From NCBI GenBank assembly GCA_029838215.1, contig JALGVI010000008.1, positions 1 to 61,870 on the forward strand: a stretch of 61,870 bases of DNA, given 5' to 3'. Below, piece by piece: positions 1-10,190 of the stretch. Made by a program: the position numbers and the translations under genes. The stretch comes from Candidatus Helarchaeota archaeon. Lineage in GTDB: Archaea > Asgardarchaeota > Lokiarchaeia > Helarchaeales > RDOG01. Each line of letters starts with the position of its first letter. Within the stretch, counting starts at the first letter, position 1. Under the pieces are notes generated by a model. It was not told the origin of the DNA and ran no database searches. It saw only the letters and a program-made list of their open reading frames with translations.

Positions 1-566
1 GAACCATCCGACATTGCCGTGTGCCCGTGTATGTCTCCCCAATAAATGCGCTGGTCGGGAGTTCCTTCCGTGACAATAATGGGGTTCGAATAAGCAGAAT
101 GTCCGAAATTGTCTAGGACTTGCAAGTAATGAATTCCGGGCGTGTTTAATTGTAAGTTTGGAAACACGTGCATTCCATCATCGCAAATTTCAAGTCCTGT
201 CCTTGGAAAAAGATAAGAAAATATCCCAAATACCGTGAACTGATAAGGATTGCCCAAAATATTTGAACTTAAAATGTCTAACTGCCGCGTGGTCGTGTTG
301 TAGACATAATCACGGACCCAAATTCGCCCATTGTAACTGGTTGATAATCTCTCGTAAATGTCCCATGCTTGAACCGATACCTCAAACGACTCTCCTTGCT
401 GGACAATTGAAGGACCCTTTATCCAAAATTGGCTAAATGCATTGGATTCTAAAGTCGTGTAATTGATCATGTTTGGATCGGCTGTCCAAACAAACATGGA
501 GCCAATGATGATTACCAATGGGACGAGAAATCCCGCGTTTTTTAAAGTAATATTAATGCTAACCAC
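1..566 (-). CDS. Partial (runs off window) DUF3604/PHP-like metal-dependent hydrolase with N-terminal membrane anchor
   Basis: Not in ORF track. Manual minus-strand translation gives an open frame ...KNAGFLVPLVIIIGSMFVW...GPSIVQQGESFEVSVQAWD...YSNPIIVTEGTPDQRIYWGDIHGHTAMSDG; the WGDxHxHT..SDG motif is typical of PHP-like/DUF3604 proteins. Start uncertain (GTG at 566). Confidence 0.55.
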   Translation of the reverse strand, partial: MVSINITLKNAGFLVPLVIIIGSMFVWTADPNMINYTTLESNAFSQFWIKGPSIVQQGESFEVSVQAWDIYERLSTSYNGRIWVRDYVYNTTTRQLDILSSNILGNPYQFTVFGIFSYLFPRTGLEICDDGMHVFPNLQLNTPGIHYLQVLDNFGHSAYSNPIIVTEGTPDQRIYWGDIHGHTAMSDG

Positions 567-1123
567 AACAATAATAATTGTGCAAATAATAAATTGAAAA
601 TTGCATTTGCTATGATCAAGATTCCGAAAACCTTTCCTCTTAAATCCCTGGAGTATAACAAGTATCCCCCAATACCGAAGGAAAGCAGGTTAAAATATGG
701 CAATATTGATGCAAAAAATCCAACAAGCGTTAAAATCAAGTAATGATAGGAAATGCTACTGATCTTTTTAGCACTTTCCTCTAACGAGTCCTGAAAATCA
801 TCGATGTCATGAAGTGCTGTTGTAACATCATCCGAAAATGACACGTGGTTTTTGATTTTTAGGATTTCATTCATGCGATCTTTTATGATGCTCCGACCCA
901 AATCAGTATTTTTCTTTTTTTTCCCATCCAAATCTCTAATTTTTTCCTTAATCTGCATTTTTTTGTCTTTCAATTCCGTCAGAAACTGATTTGCACTCGA
1001 TTCTTTTTCAAATAGACCAATTTCTACGATTTTTTTCTCTAAATTCGCAAATATTTGGTCATTGGCTTCATCAATCAACTGCAAGGATGCGTTTTTTAAT
1101 TGTTGCGGAGCTTTTTTTACCAT
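542..1123 (-). CDS. Hypothetical protein, coiled-coil N-terminus plus C-terminal TM helices
   Basis: 193 aa ORF; charged heptad-like N-half, hydrophobic C-terminal third. Confidence 0.5.
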   Translation of the reverse strand: MVKKAPQQLKNASLQLIDEANDQIFANLEKKIVEIGLFEKESSANQFLTELKDKKMQIKEKIRDLDGKKKKNTDLGRSIIKDRMNEILKIKNHVSFSDDVTTALHDIDDFQDSLEESAKKISSISYHYLILTLVGFFASILPYFNLLSFGIGGYLLYSRDLRGKVFGILIIANAIFNLLFAQLLLLWLALILL

Positions 1124-1230
1124 GTGGAGTCCATCCTATCGTATACCAACTTTTTTACACAATACTTTATAATCTTTCAGTTTAAATTATAGTTTCAACT
1201 GTTGAGCGAGTCAGAAAGGAAGTCAAAATC

Positions 1231-1776
1231 GTGAGTTGTAGAAAAGCCGAAGACAAAGATATTGATTCCATGGTCAATTTATGGTGGAAACTGCACGAAT
1301 ATAATAGCAAGTTTGATAAGAATTATTATGCCATTTCATCTAAAGAAGATGCACTTGAATACAAGAGAAAGTATTATAAAAATATCATTAATGATGAAAA
1401 TTTCTTCATTTCGATTATTGAAAGTGAAGACGAAAGGGTGGTCGGCTATATTCTTGGCGAGGTAAGGGAGCGAGATCCTTTTTACGTGGCAAATAAATTC
1501 GGAAGACTTCATGAAGCGAGCGTCGATCCTAATTTTCAACAAAAGGGGCTTTTTATCAAGGCTTATCTTGGTTTCCTGAAGTTTCTCAAAGAGAAGGATA
1601 TCGATTTGGTCGATGCTGAAATGGATTTGGAGAATTCGGCATTGGCAGCATACTGGAAATTGAATTATTATAAGAGGAGTTTCAAGCTCATCTCTTGGAT
1701 AAAGAAAACGGAATACTTCATAAGGAGACTGGAGAAAAGGAAGAAATCGAAAAAGAAGGGGAGTATAGTTGATTAA
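1231..1776 (+). CDS. GNAT family N-acetyltransferase
   Basis: CRKAEDKDIDSM start, VVGYILG, GRLHEASVDPNFQQKG acetyl-CoA binding motif A, N..ALAAYWKLNY motif B. Confidence 0.75.
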   Translation: MSCRKAEDKDIDSMVNLWWKLHEYNSKFDKNYYAISSKEDALEYKRKYYKNIINDENFFISIIESEDERVVGYILGEVRERDPFYVANKFGRLHEASVDPNFQQKGLFIKAYLGFLKFLKEKDIDLVDAEMDLENSALAAYWKLNYYKRSFKLISWIKKTEYFIRRLEKRKKSKKKGSIVD

Positions 1777-1924
1777 AAATAAACGAACAAAACGAGCTAC
1801 GGTCCTTTTTAATGGTTTAAATTATTTTAAATGTTTCCCGTTAATTATTTGAAAAAATATTCGAGAGCATTATGGTATATAACAGCGTGATGAGGGTAAA
1901 ATCGGAAATATTATATTTTAACTA

Positions 1925-2425
1925 GTGAATAGGAAAACTGAGAAGAAAATGGTGTTATTTTATACTAAAAACAAAGAAGTCCACGTATTTGAAGGACCCG
2001 ACAACACACAAAGAATCCTTGCTCGCATGACTGATTTCTGTTTTGATGGAGAAATTGAAGTTATTGCTTCAAAATCCATGGAAATCTTAGAAATATCGGG
2101 AAAAATAAAGAACCAACACAATGATTCCTGCTTGCAAGCCTTGCCACTTTTAGAAAAGTTTAAAGGTCGAAGAATTGGGGGTGGCATTACCAAGATGGTG
2201 TATGGCACTATCGGTAGAAGATGTCCGTGCTTGGCAAGTTTAGTAATGGAGTGTTTCGAAGGTGCCATATTGGGAATGACTGCGGGACCATTGGAAAAGG
2301 CAGTTCCTCATTTATTTAAATCACCCGGTGAATTTACAAAGAAGAAACTCATCAAATTTATGCCGCATTTAAAGAATTCTTGTTGTGCCTATACCATGAA
2401 TCCGGACGAGCAAGGAGGAAGATGA
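1925..2425 (+). CDS. DUF2889-like protein (Cys-containing)
   Basis: ~160 aa, YGTIGRRCPCLASLVMEC and C-terminal NSCCAY; paralogous to next ORF. Probable ATG start at 1952. Confidence 0.6.
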   Translation: MNRKTEKKMVLFYTKNKEVHVFEGPDNTQRILARMTDFCFDGEIEVIASKSMEILEISGKIKNQHNDSCLQALPLLEKFKGRRIGGGITKMVYGTIGRRCPCLASLVMECFEGAILGMTAGPLEKAVPHLFKSPGEFTKKKLIKFMPHLKNSCCAYTMNPDEQGGR

Positions 2426-2426
2426 G

Positions 2427-2903
2427 ATGCTAAAGTTTTGCAGGACAAAGTTTGTAGGATACGAAAAAGTAGATGATGAGACTTTCAAGGTTTTTGGCAC
2501 GTTAGATGACACTATTTACTCGATGAAGGTTGATTTAATTATCAAGCTTCCAAACTTGGAAATTTCTGCCATTCAAGGTGAAATGAGACGATTCACCACT
2601 CCTTTTTGCGAAGAAGGCAAAGCTTTTCTAAAAAAAGCCATTGGTTTAAAAATTGAACCGGGTTTTCAAAGCAAAGTGAAGAGATTGATAGCGCGACCGG
2701 GATGTCGGCACTTTGGGAACCTGATTAATGAGTGTTGTGAGGCAATTATTCCCGCACTCTTGACACAGACTTATAGGGATCGGAAATTCGACGATCCCAG
2801 CATTACATTTGATACGATTATCCAAGATTTGTCTGAAAAATATCCCGCGATTAAAAATTATTGTTCAGGTTTCTCAAAAATTCTTGAGGAGAAGTCCGCG
2901 TGA
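2427..2903 (+). CDS. DUF2889-like protein
   Basis: GTLDDTIYSMKVDLIIKLPNLEISAIQGEMRRFTTPFC...GCRHFGNLINECC...NYCSGF pattern. Confidence 0.65.
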   Translation: MLKFCRTKFVGYEKVDDETFKVFGTLDDTIYSMKVDLIIKLPNLEISAIQGEMRRFTTPFCEEGKAFLKKAIGLKIEPGFQSKVKRLIARPGCRHFGNLINECCEAIIPALLTQTYRDRKFDDPSITFDTIIQDLSEKYPAIKNYCSGFSKILEEKSA

Positions 2904-3529
2904 AAATCGATTTGCACGTGCATACCAAACCGAAATCCCCTTGTTCGAACATGACACCAGAGGGAGCAATTGCAGAGGCCAAAAAAATCGGAATTGACGG
3001 TATTTGTTTCACGGAACACGATGTTTTATGGTCTGATGAGGAAATTGAGCAATTAAGAAAAGATGAAGACTTTCTTATCCTGCGTGGTTGTGAGATTTCG
3101 AGCATGGATGGTCATTTTTTAATATTTGGTCTTGAGCAACAGATGGAACCCTTTCTCACGATTCAGGAGATTGCAGAACTTCGCAAGAAACCTACTTCGT
3201 TTTTAGCAATTGCCCATCCATTTCGTGAATTCTTGGTAGTTGGACTGGATCAACTCAATTTAAACATTGAAGAGGAATCACGAAAGGATTATTTCGTTTA
3301 TTTAGATGGGATTGAGATCAAGAATGGGCGCTCTTCAAAAAAAGCCAACCGTTTTGCAGAAAGAATTGCAAACAAGTTAGAATTACGGGGTATTGGAGGA
3401 AGTGATGCCCATGAATATCACGAGATTGGTAAGGTCGTCACGGAATTTCAATCAGAAATTACTAATGAGACTGATCTCATTAAAGAACTTAAAAATGGAA
3501 CATTTAAAGTAGAATATTTTAGAGATTAA
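2900..3529 (+). CDS. PHP domain metal-dependent phosphoesterase
   Basis: DLHVHT, FTEHD, IAHPF, GGSDAH motifs; 4-nt overlap with upstream gene. Confidence 0.85.
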   Translation: MKIDLHVHTKPKSPCSNMTPEGAIAEAKKIGIDGICFTEHDVLWSDEEIEQLRKDEDFLILRGCEISSMDGHFLIFGLEQQMEPFLTIQEIAELRKKPTSFLAIAHPFREFLVVGLDQLNLNIEEESRKDYFVYLDGIEIKNGRSSKKANRFAERIANKLELRGIGGSDAHEYHEIGKVVTEFQSEITNETDLIKELKNGTFKVEYFRD

Positions 3530-3548
3530 TGATAAAAAGTGAGAAAAA

Positions 3549-4349
3549 ATGACAGATTGGAGTCTTTTTACAAAAAAATTGGAGCAATACTTGCGCCTTA
3601 AAACATTTCCCGTTGCGTTCAAACTTTTAGAAGATGAAAACGACTTGCGGGCTAATAAATGGTGTCGAATACCTGATAAAAATGCCACGCTATGTCAATT
3701 AATAACTCGAGTCCGGTGTTTTGATTGGACAATTGGTGCCACTGTTGAAAACTTTGCAACGCCAATTTGTCCTTACATGCTTGGACTTACGGAAAAACCT
3801 CAAATGGTCAAGGACGGCACGTATCGGGCAATTAAATGGTTTAAAAACATTGAAGATTCAAAAAAGTTCGAAGAAAAATTTCCTACTGTTCCTTTTGGAA
3901 AATATAAAGCAGTAATGCTGGCTCCTCTTCAGTACAATCCTTTTGAACCTGACATCATTTTGATATATGGAAACCCAGCGCAAATGATATTGATGATTAA
4001 TGCCCTTCAATACAAGGATTATGAACGTTTTGAATTCTTTTGCGTTGGGGAATCGTCTTGCACTGACTTCATAGCCCAATGTTATCTCACGAAAAAACCA
4101 TCTCTTTCCATTCCGTGCTACGGTGAAAGACGCTTTGGACATGCTCAAGATGATGAGATGGTAATGGCAATACCTGCAGATTATCATAGAAAACTGATTA
4201 AAGGTTTAGAATTTCTTTACAAGCGAGGAATTCGATATCCAATTCCTTACTTTGGGGCTGAGGTGGATCCTACACCCGGTCTCTTTGATGCCTATGGTGG
4301 ATCTCGCAAGTATAAGAAACAACGAGTAAAATATAAAGACCCGGATTAG
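3549..4349 (+). CDS. DUF169 family protein
   Basis: LRLKTFPVAFK, TLCQ, FEPDIILIYGNPAQM, GESSC, SIPCYGERRFG motifs characteristic of DUF169. Confidence 0.8.
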   Translation: MTDWSLFTKKLEQYLRLKTFPVAFKLLEDENDLRANKWCRIPDKNATLCQLITRVRCFDWTIGATVENFATPICPYMLGLTEKPQMVKDGTYRAIKWFKNIEDSKKFEEKFPTVPFGKYKAVMLAPLQYNPFEPDIILIYGNPAQMILMINALQYKDYERFEFFCVGESSCTDFIAQCYLTKKPSLSIPCYGERRFGHAQDDEMVMAIPADYHRKLIKGLEFLYKRGIRYPIPYFGAEVDPTPGLFDAYGGSRKYKKQRVKYKDPD

Positions 4350-4375
4350 AAAAGAGCTCCTGTTAGATTCAAGTT

Positions 4376-5836
4376 TTGATAATTTTTTCGGTGAAAACGA
4401 TGGTTTCGGAATCATGGAAAGAGATCGATGACATTTTTCATCCAAGAGGCGTTGCAATCTTCGGCGTTAGCAGGAAAGGTGGGCTTGGAACGCTCTTGCT
4501 TCAAGGTTATATTGACATGGAGTTTCCCAATATTTATCCAATCAATCCTAAAGCAGCAGAATCAGGTAATAAGATCTTAGGACTTGATGTCTTTCCTGAT
4601 TTAAAATCCATTCCCGGTCCTGTGGATTTAGTCGTGATGTCCGTGCATCCAAAACTCGTCAAGGAGCTTCTAATACAATGCGGGGAGAAATCGGTTCGTG
4701 CCGTGATTTTGTTTACTGCAGGGTTTGGAGAATTTGATGAATCGGGTAAGGAACGTGAACGCGAGCTTGTAGAAATTGCACGAAAATATAACATGAGATT
4801 GATCGGTCCAAATTGTATGGGGATCTATTGTCCTGCTACAAGAGTTTCATTCTTCCCAGCACTTCCCAAAGAGAGTGGTCCTGTCGGATTCATCAGTCAA
4901 AGCGGCTCTATTGCCAACCTGCTTTGTTTTGCATCAATTTTACGAGGGATTCGATATTCAAAAATGATTAGTTTTGGAAATGCTGCGGATTTGAATTTCA
5001 ACGACTTTTTTGAATACTTGGGAGATGATCCTGAAACAAGAGTAATTGCTTGTTATTTGGAAGGAATCAAGGATGGACAGCACTTCATCAAGTTAGCTGA
5101 ACGAATTTCAAAGAAAAAGCCAATAATAATTTGGAAGGTTGGGGAGACATCTTCAGGAGCTCGAGCCGCTGCTTCACATACAGGCTCCTTAGTTGGTAAT
5201 TATTCGCTTTGGACGAAAATCTTTGACAAAAATGGAATCGTTGTCGTAAAAAATCACCAAGAATTAATAGAAACTATAGGCGCCTTCACGAATCCTTGTT
5301 ATCCGCAGGGGAATTCCGTGGCAATAATATCCGGACCGGGTGGTCCTGCGGTTTCTTCAGCAGATGCTTGTGAAATGAATGGTTTAAAATTAGCAAAGAT
5401 CTCTCCCGAAACGGTACAAGAATTGAGCAAAATTATTCCTGAATTTGGCACGAGTTCAAAGAATCCCATTGATTTAGGATTACAAATTTCTTTTGACAGT
5501 AATTTGGAACGGAAGGCAATCGAGGCGGTTGCCAGGGACCCAAAAGTTGACATGCTTTTAATTTACTTGGGCGTGATTAAAAAAGAACACGTGAAAAATC
5601 TCTTGAGAATTCAAAAAGAGGTCCAAAAACCGATAGCCATCGTGACAGCAATTGATATATTGACGTCATCAAAAGGAATGGGTCCTGTTCGCAACTTATT
5701 TACTCCCGTTCCCACGAGAAAGGCATCCCGTTTCCTAGCAGAGATGAACGCGAATGGAATATCGCTCCACATGACTGAACAAAATGCAGCTAAGACACTC
5801 TGGCATTTATATCATTATGGAATAAAAAAAGGATGA
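4376..5836 (+). CDS. Acyl-CoA synthetase (NDP-forming), alpha-type subunit
   Basis: CoA-binding domain (IYPINP, VDLVV), LIGPNCMG, FISQSG, SFGNAAD, phospho-His motif AASHTG, NPIDL. Confidence 0.85.
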   Translation: MIIFSVKTMVSESWKEIDDIFHPRGVAIFGVSRKGGLGTLLLQGYIDMEFPNIYPINPKAAESGNKILGLDVFPDLKSIPGPVDLVVMSVHPKLVKELLIQCGEKSVRAVILFTAGFGEFDESGKERERELVEIARKYNMRLIGPNCMGIYCPATRVSFFPALPKESGPVGFISQSGSIANLLCFASILRGIRYSKMISFGNAADLNFNDFFEYLGDDPETRVIACYLEGIKDGQHFIKLAERISKKKPIIIWKVGETSSGARAAASHTGSLVGNYSLWTKIFDKNGIVVVKNHQELIETIGAFTNPCYPQGNSVAIISGPGGPAVSSADACEMNGLKLAKISPETVQELSKIIPEFGTSSKNPIDLGLQISFDSNLERKAIEAVARDPKVDMLLIYLGVIKKEHVKNLLRIQKEVQKPIAIVTAIDILTSSKGMGPVRNLFTPVPTRKASRFLAEMNANGISLHMTEQNAAKTLWHLYHYGIKKG

Positions 5837-5841
5837 TGTTT

Positions 5842-7143
5842 TTATCGGGTAATTTTATTCTCAAATCTTTTCATTTTCTTTCTGTATTTGATAATTTTTC
5901 TACTTATTTTCTCTTGGCTCTTCCAGTGTCCAAAAAGAACACCCTTGGATGCCAGCGTATTCAACATTCTCTCAATGTCTTTATCGAGAAAATAAACGGG
6001 ATTTTCTAGGTCCCAATAAGGTGTTCCTGGGAGTGGAATGAAAAAGTGCATGTGAATGCGAGCTCCGTTCCTGTGTAGATCTTGAAATACTTCTATACTT
6101 TTCACTTGATCTTCTTTAGTTTCCATGGGAAATCCAAAGATAAAATCGAGAATTGGTTGAAAATCGTATTTTTTACATAGGTTTACAGCATCATAAACTG
6201 CTTGTAACGAATGACCTCTACCTATTTCCTTAAGAATATGCGGGCTTCCTGATTGTGCTCCTATGACGAGATTATCATTATTCACGTATTTTTTTAAGAT
6301 ATCAAGGGTATCTTCTCGGACGAATTCAGGGCGAACCTCTGAGGGAAATGTTCCGAAGAATATCCTTCCTTTATTCTGTATTTCGTCTCGGATAGATTTT
6401 AAGAGCGTATCTATTGCTCCTAGGTTGATACTTTTTCCATCTACGCTCCCATATCCCAGAGCATTTGGCGAAATGAATCGAAAATCCGTCTTTTCATTAC
6501 TCTTCATAAATTTTACGTCTTTCATGATGGTTTCGATCGATTTATGACGTGGTTTTATTCCAAAAATTCTTGATGTTTGACAATACTTGCATTGAAAAGG
6601 ACATCCTCGCGTGATTTCCAAGTGATTATATAATTTTAATTTTCTTGAAATCGATGAATACTCATTAATATCGACCATTGCCCTTGCTTCTGTTTGAATA
6701 AAACCCGTTTCTTTGAAAAGAGAAATTCCTTTTACTTGCTCAAGTGGTGTTTCATCTTTATAAGCTCTAATTAATTCGGGTAGTGTTTCTTCTGCTTCTC
6801 CATTAACAATGAGATCAAATCCCATTTTTAACGTCCCGTAAGGATCTCCTGAAGCGTGTGAACCGCCTGCAATCATTTGAATGGGTAAATTGGCATGCTT
6901 TCTTCTTATGTACTTTAACATCCTTTGAATTTTCTTGATTTCTGCGGATGTGAATGAAAATCCGAGAATGGTCAGGTCAGATGAATTAAAACTCGAGATC
7001 TTCTCCAATTGGTCTTCACGTAACAAATTCACGTCAAGATCGGGAAAAGAACGTTCAATTATGCTGCAAAGGGTCGCTATGCTAGAATTGTTGTGTCTTG
7101 TATGGATTAAGACAATGTCTATTGATTTGGTCATGAGCAACAC
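5842..7143 (-). CDS. B12-binding domain/radical SAM protein (TIGR04013/MJ1487-like)
   Basis: AGGSHASGDP, EITRGCPFQCKYCQT (CxxxCxxC), FGTFPSEVRPE, IGAQSGS, FFIPLPGTP. Confidence 0.85.
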   Translation of the reverse strand: MLLMTKSIDIVLIHTRHNNSSIATLCSIIERSFPDLDVNLLREDQLEKISSFNSSDLTILGFSFTSAEIKKIQRMLKYIRRKHANLPIQMIAGGSHASGDPYGTLKMGFDLIVNGEAEETLPELIRAYKDETPLEQVKGISLFKETGFIQTEARAMVDINEYSSISRKLKLYNHLEITRGCPFQCKYCQTSRIFGIKPRHKSIETIMKDVKFMKSNEKTDFRFISPNALGYGSVDGKSINLGAIDTLLKSIRDEIQNKGRIFFGTFPSEVRPEFVREDTLDILKKYVNNDNLVIGAQSGSPHILKEIGRGHSLQAVYDAVNLCKKYDFQPILDFIFGFPMETKEDQVKSIEVFQDLHRNGARIHMHFFIPLPGTPYWDLENPVYFLDKDIERMLNTLASKGVLFGHWKSQEKISRKIIKYRKKMKRFENKITR

Positions 7144-7161
7144 GGCGTTTTTGAAATATCT

Positions 7162-8232
7162 TCATTTCTGTGAGTTCAAAGCATTTATTCTTTTTATTAT
7201 AATGTCATTTGCTATTTTTAATTGATTTAAAAAGATGATGGAGTTTGGACTCAAAATATTTACTTTTTGAGAACCAATATATTCTTCCTTGTATGTTTGA
7301 TTCCAAGAAAGTAATTCATCGGCTGAACGGTGAACGCTTATCATTCCATGGCTATATTTACCGGAAGAAACTTTATAGAGAAGTGGAACATGATGGTCGG
7401 CTTGAATTTTATCAACGAAATCTTTACGAATGGAATCATCAATTTCAATGAGGGAGAATACCAAAAAGAATCCAACGGGTGCAAAAAAATTCTGGAAATA
7501 ACACCGGGGAAACTCGATGATGTCGTGTTCAATTAATTTTTTGATATGTTGTTCGATGGTTTTTCTGTGCTTACGGAGTTTTTGTGCAATGCTATTTTCA
7601 TTAATTCGAATATAGTCTGTTTCGTTGATCTTTCCGTGAATCACGTATTTTAATAGTTCATAACTCGTGTAATCAATTTCATAGTTGTTAATTTCGATGG
7701 TTTTTTTTCTCCCTTTTTCAAATTCCTCTTCAATCAAATATAGAACTGAAGTCAAGTCATATTTTTGGATGAGATCATTTGATAGATAATAACTCGTGGA
7801 TGGCTCTCGATTTGAGCGAGAAGGAATCTTTTTCTCTCCCGTCAAGCTTTCGCGCCAGATTTGATAGGAATGAACCGTTTTATGGTATTCGAATAACAGA
7901 ACATTATAATTTTCGTCAATGATGTAGAAACCTGCGAAAATATTAGGATCATTCTTCATCCATTTTTCTGCTTGATTGGGTAAATCCGCATAAACAATAA
8001 TAAACAAAGGATATTCTTGAAATATGAGTCCTTTTGGGAAGCATATTGGTTGTGTTATGATTTTTTTCTCAAGCAAGTCATTAATTCTTCTAATAACTGT
8101 CGATCTATGTTTTTTTACACCTTGTGATAAATTCGTGTAATTAAATTCAATTCCATTTCCTTGTATTATTTCCTTAAGGATTTTGAAGTCTAAATCATCG
8201 AAATTGAAATTCTTCATGCATATTGTTTTCAA
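7162..8232 (-). CDS. Tandem Lrp/AsnC-like winged-helix regulator
   Basis: Two repeats: DDLDFKILK..KKHRSTVIRRINDLLEKKII and DYTSYELLK..RKHRKTIEQHIKKLIEHDII, each followed by a RAM-like alpha/beta segment. Confidence 0.7.
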   Translation of the reverse strand: MKTICMKNFNFDDLDFKILKEIIQGNGIEFNYTNLSQGVKKHRSTVIRRINDLLEKKIITQPICFPKGLIFQEYPLFIIVYADLPNQAEKWMKNDPNIFAGFYIIDENYNVLLFEYHKTVHSYQIWRESLTGEKKIPSRSNREPSTSYYLSNDLIQKYDLTSVLYLIEEEFEKGRKKTIEINNYEIDYTSYELLKYVIHGKINETDYIRINENSIAQKLRKHRKTIEQHIKKLIEHDIIEFPRCYFQNFFAPVGFFLVFSLIEIDDSIRKDFVDKIQADHHVPLLYKVSSGKYSHGMISVHRSADELLSWNQTYKEEYIGSQKVNILSPNSIIFLNQLKIANDIIIKRINALNSQK

Positions 8233-8343
8233 TTTATTTTATAAAAAATAATACCCTAATGACGTGATTAATATCATTAATGATAATTTATTCCTCTAAA
8301 TCACGAAAAAAAATGAAATAATGAAAAATTTGATTGCAGTTAA

Positions 8344-10170
8344 CTACATTATTATTCTTCGTAGTTCTGTTTGAATGAGATTTCCAAACTGCCCTCTTTG
8401 TTCTGGTGAGAGCCTGCTCAAGAGTTCTTCTAAAACATAAACAGAAATGCAATACGCCAATTGTCTTTTGGATGCTGTCAGTCCTTGCAGAAAAATGTTC
8501 TTGCCCGCTTTATCAAAAATGGCTTCAGCGATCTCTTTCATGTTACGTGATTTTAAGGCTGATTTTAAGATTTCCCGGATTTTCGCTTTGAATGCAGGAT
8601 CATTAGCATCCGTGTAAGCCAAGCCCATTAGATCAAGGGAACAGGTTGCAGTGCAGAATTGACAGGCAACAAATGGCTTTAGTACCATTTTCTCCAATGT
8701 TCTTCGTATATTTTGAGATTCCATTACCATTCCGAGGTTCTCATATGCTTCAATGGCACGTTCGAAATATTTCTTTGCCTTTACGAATTTACCACGTGAA
8801 TAGAGTGTTTTAGCCATCATGTTCAGACTTTCAGCAATACCTCTGTTATCACCCATTGATTTTCTAATTCGAATGGCTTGTTCATACATTGACATTGCTT
8901 CTCCGACTCGCCCAACCAGAACTAACACTTCCCCTAAATCCATGAGAGCAAGTGCTTCTCCCCCTTTATCTTTATTAGCTTGAGTTTGTTCTAAGAGTTG
9001 GCGTCGGATTCGCACCGCTTCATCTTTATTTCCCATTCCAATGTAGCATGCAGATATTTTTTTGAGGACTATTTCTGGAAAATGGTTATATACTTCTTTG
9101 AAATAAGACAGCGCATCTTGATATCTACCAAGTTTCAGCAAGATATTTCCTATTGCAAGATAATTTGTAATTAATTCTGCTGTATTACCTAGTTGATGTA
9201 ATATATTACTTACCATCTGATAGATGTTTAATGCTGTTTCATATTGTTCTAATTCACCATAAGCAGTTCCCATTTTTATTAGAATTTCCATTTCCAAGTT
9301 GGGATCTCCAATTTCGTTTTGAACAATGTTTAGGGCTTTTTGCAAGTATTCTAAAGCATAATCTTGCCGTCGCTGTCCAATCAGAATGGACCCGATGGTG
9401 AGATAATTTTGAACCTCTTGATGCCGGTCATCCGAAGTGCCCAGCGAAACATACGTTATTATCGGAAAGATTGACGTGCCTGCAGGAGCTTGCTCACGAA
9501 CTGGTAATGTGCTTATGTCATTTGGATCTAACACTAGAAGATTCTTTGAGATCCGCTCAAAATCCATTTCGGATTGAAAGAAAAAAATCATTTCTGAATA
9601 GCCCATGGGCAGCGCAAAATAAAAATAATTTTGTTCAAAACCAGGAGATGCCGTGGAATGAAGAGTTACCATGACTTTTGGATTCATTCTAAACGTATGA
9701 ACGCCCATCATGGAATTGATATACTCATAATCGGTATATATTTTCCACTTTACAGAGCGCCCCATCGTGAATGAGATGCGAACTGCAATGTTGCCCAAAT
9801 CTTGTCCTTGAAAAACCTCAATCTTACGAGTGCCCTGCCCTAGATTTTGCGTTAGATTCTTCGTAGGAAGAGCACCAATTGGAAATGGAGATATCGTGAA
9901 GATTTTATCATTTTCTTCAGTAGCAGCTCCAAAGAATGAAGTATCCGAGATTTGAATGGGAACCATTGATTCAAATTCTTCCGTAAATTCAACTTGTTTC
10001 TTAAATAAGCTATCACGGAATTCAACTATCATTCCCTCTTCAATGAAGAGAGCTTGTCCATAATTTTCCCCAAGTAACGACAACTTGATCATTTCCATGC
10101 TTTCATAAAGGGCTTTTTGTCTGTCGAGTTGCGAACTAATTAATATCATTTCTGATTGATTAATAAGCAT
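8344..10170 (-). CDS. Tetratricopeptide repeat protein
   Basis: Multiple 34-40 aa TPR units (MGTAYGELEQYETALNIYQ; IGNILLKLGRYQDALSYF; LGEVLVLVGRVGEAMSMYEQAIRI); beta-rich N-terminal domain; C-terminal CQFC..C. Confidence 0.8.
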   Translation of the reverse strand: MLINQSEMILISSQLDRQKALYESMEMIKLSLLGENYGQALFIEEGMIVEFRDSLFKKQVEFTEEFESMVPIQISDTSFFGAATEENDKIFTISPFPIGALPTKNLTQNLGQGTRKIEVFQGQDLGNIAVRISFTMGRSVKWKIYTDYEYINSMMGVHTFRMNPKVMVTLHSTASPGFEQNYFYFALPMGYSEMIFFFQSEMDFERISKNLLVLDPNDISTLPVREQAPAGTSIFPIITYVSLGTSDDRHQEVQNYLTIGSILIGQRRQDYALEYLQKALNIVQNEIGDPNLEMEILIKMGTAYGELEQYETALNIYQMVSNILHQLGNTAELITNYLAIGNILLKLGRYQDALSYFKEVYNHFPEIVLKKISACYIGMGNKDEAVRIRRQLLEQTQANKDKGGEALALMDLGEVLVLVGRVGEAMSMYEQAIRIRKSMGDNRGIAESLNMMAKTLYSRGKFVKAKKYFERAIEAYENLGMVMESQNIRRTLEKMVLKPFVACQFCTATCSLDLMGLAYTDANDPAFKAKIREILKSALKSRNMKEIAEAIFDKAGKNIFLQGLTASKRQLAYCISVYVLEELLSRLSPEQRGQFGNLIQTELRRIIM

Positions 10171-10190
10171 ATTCTCTTTATTGATTAATA

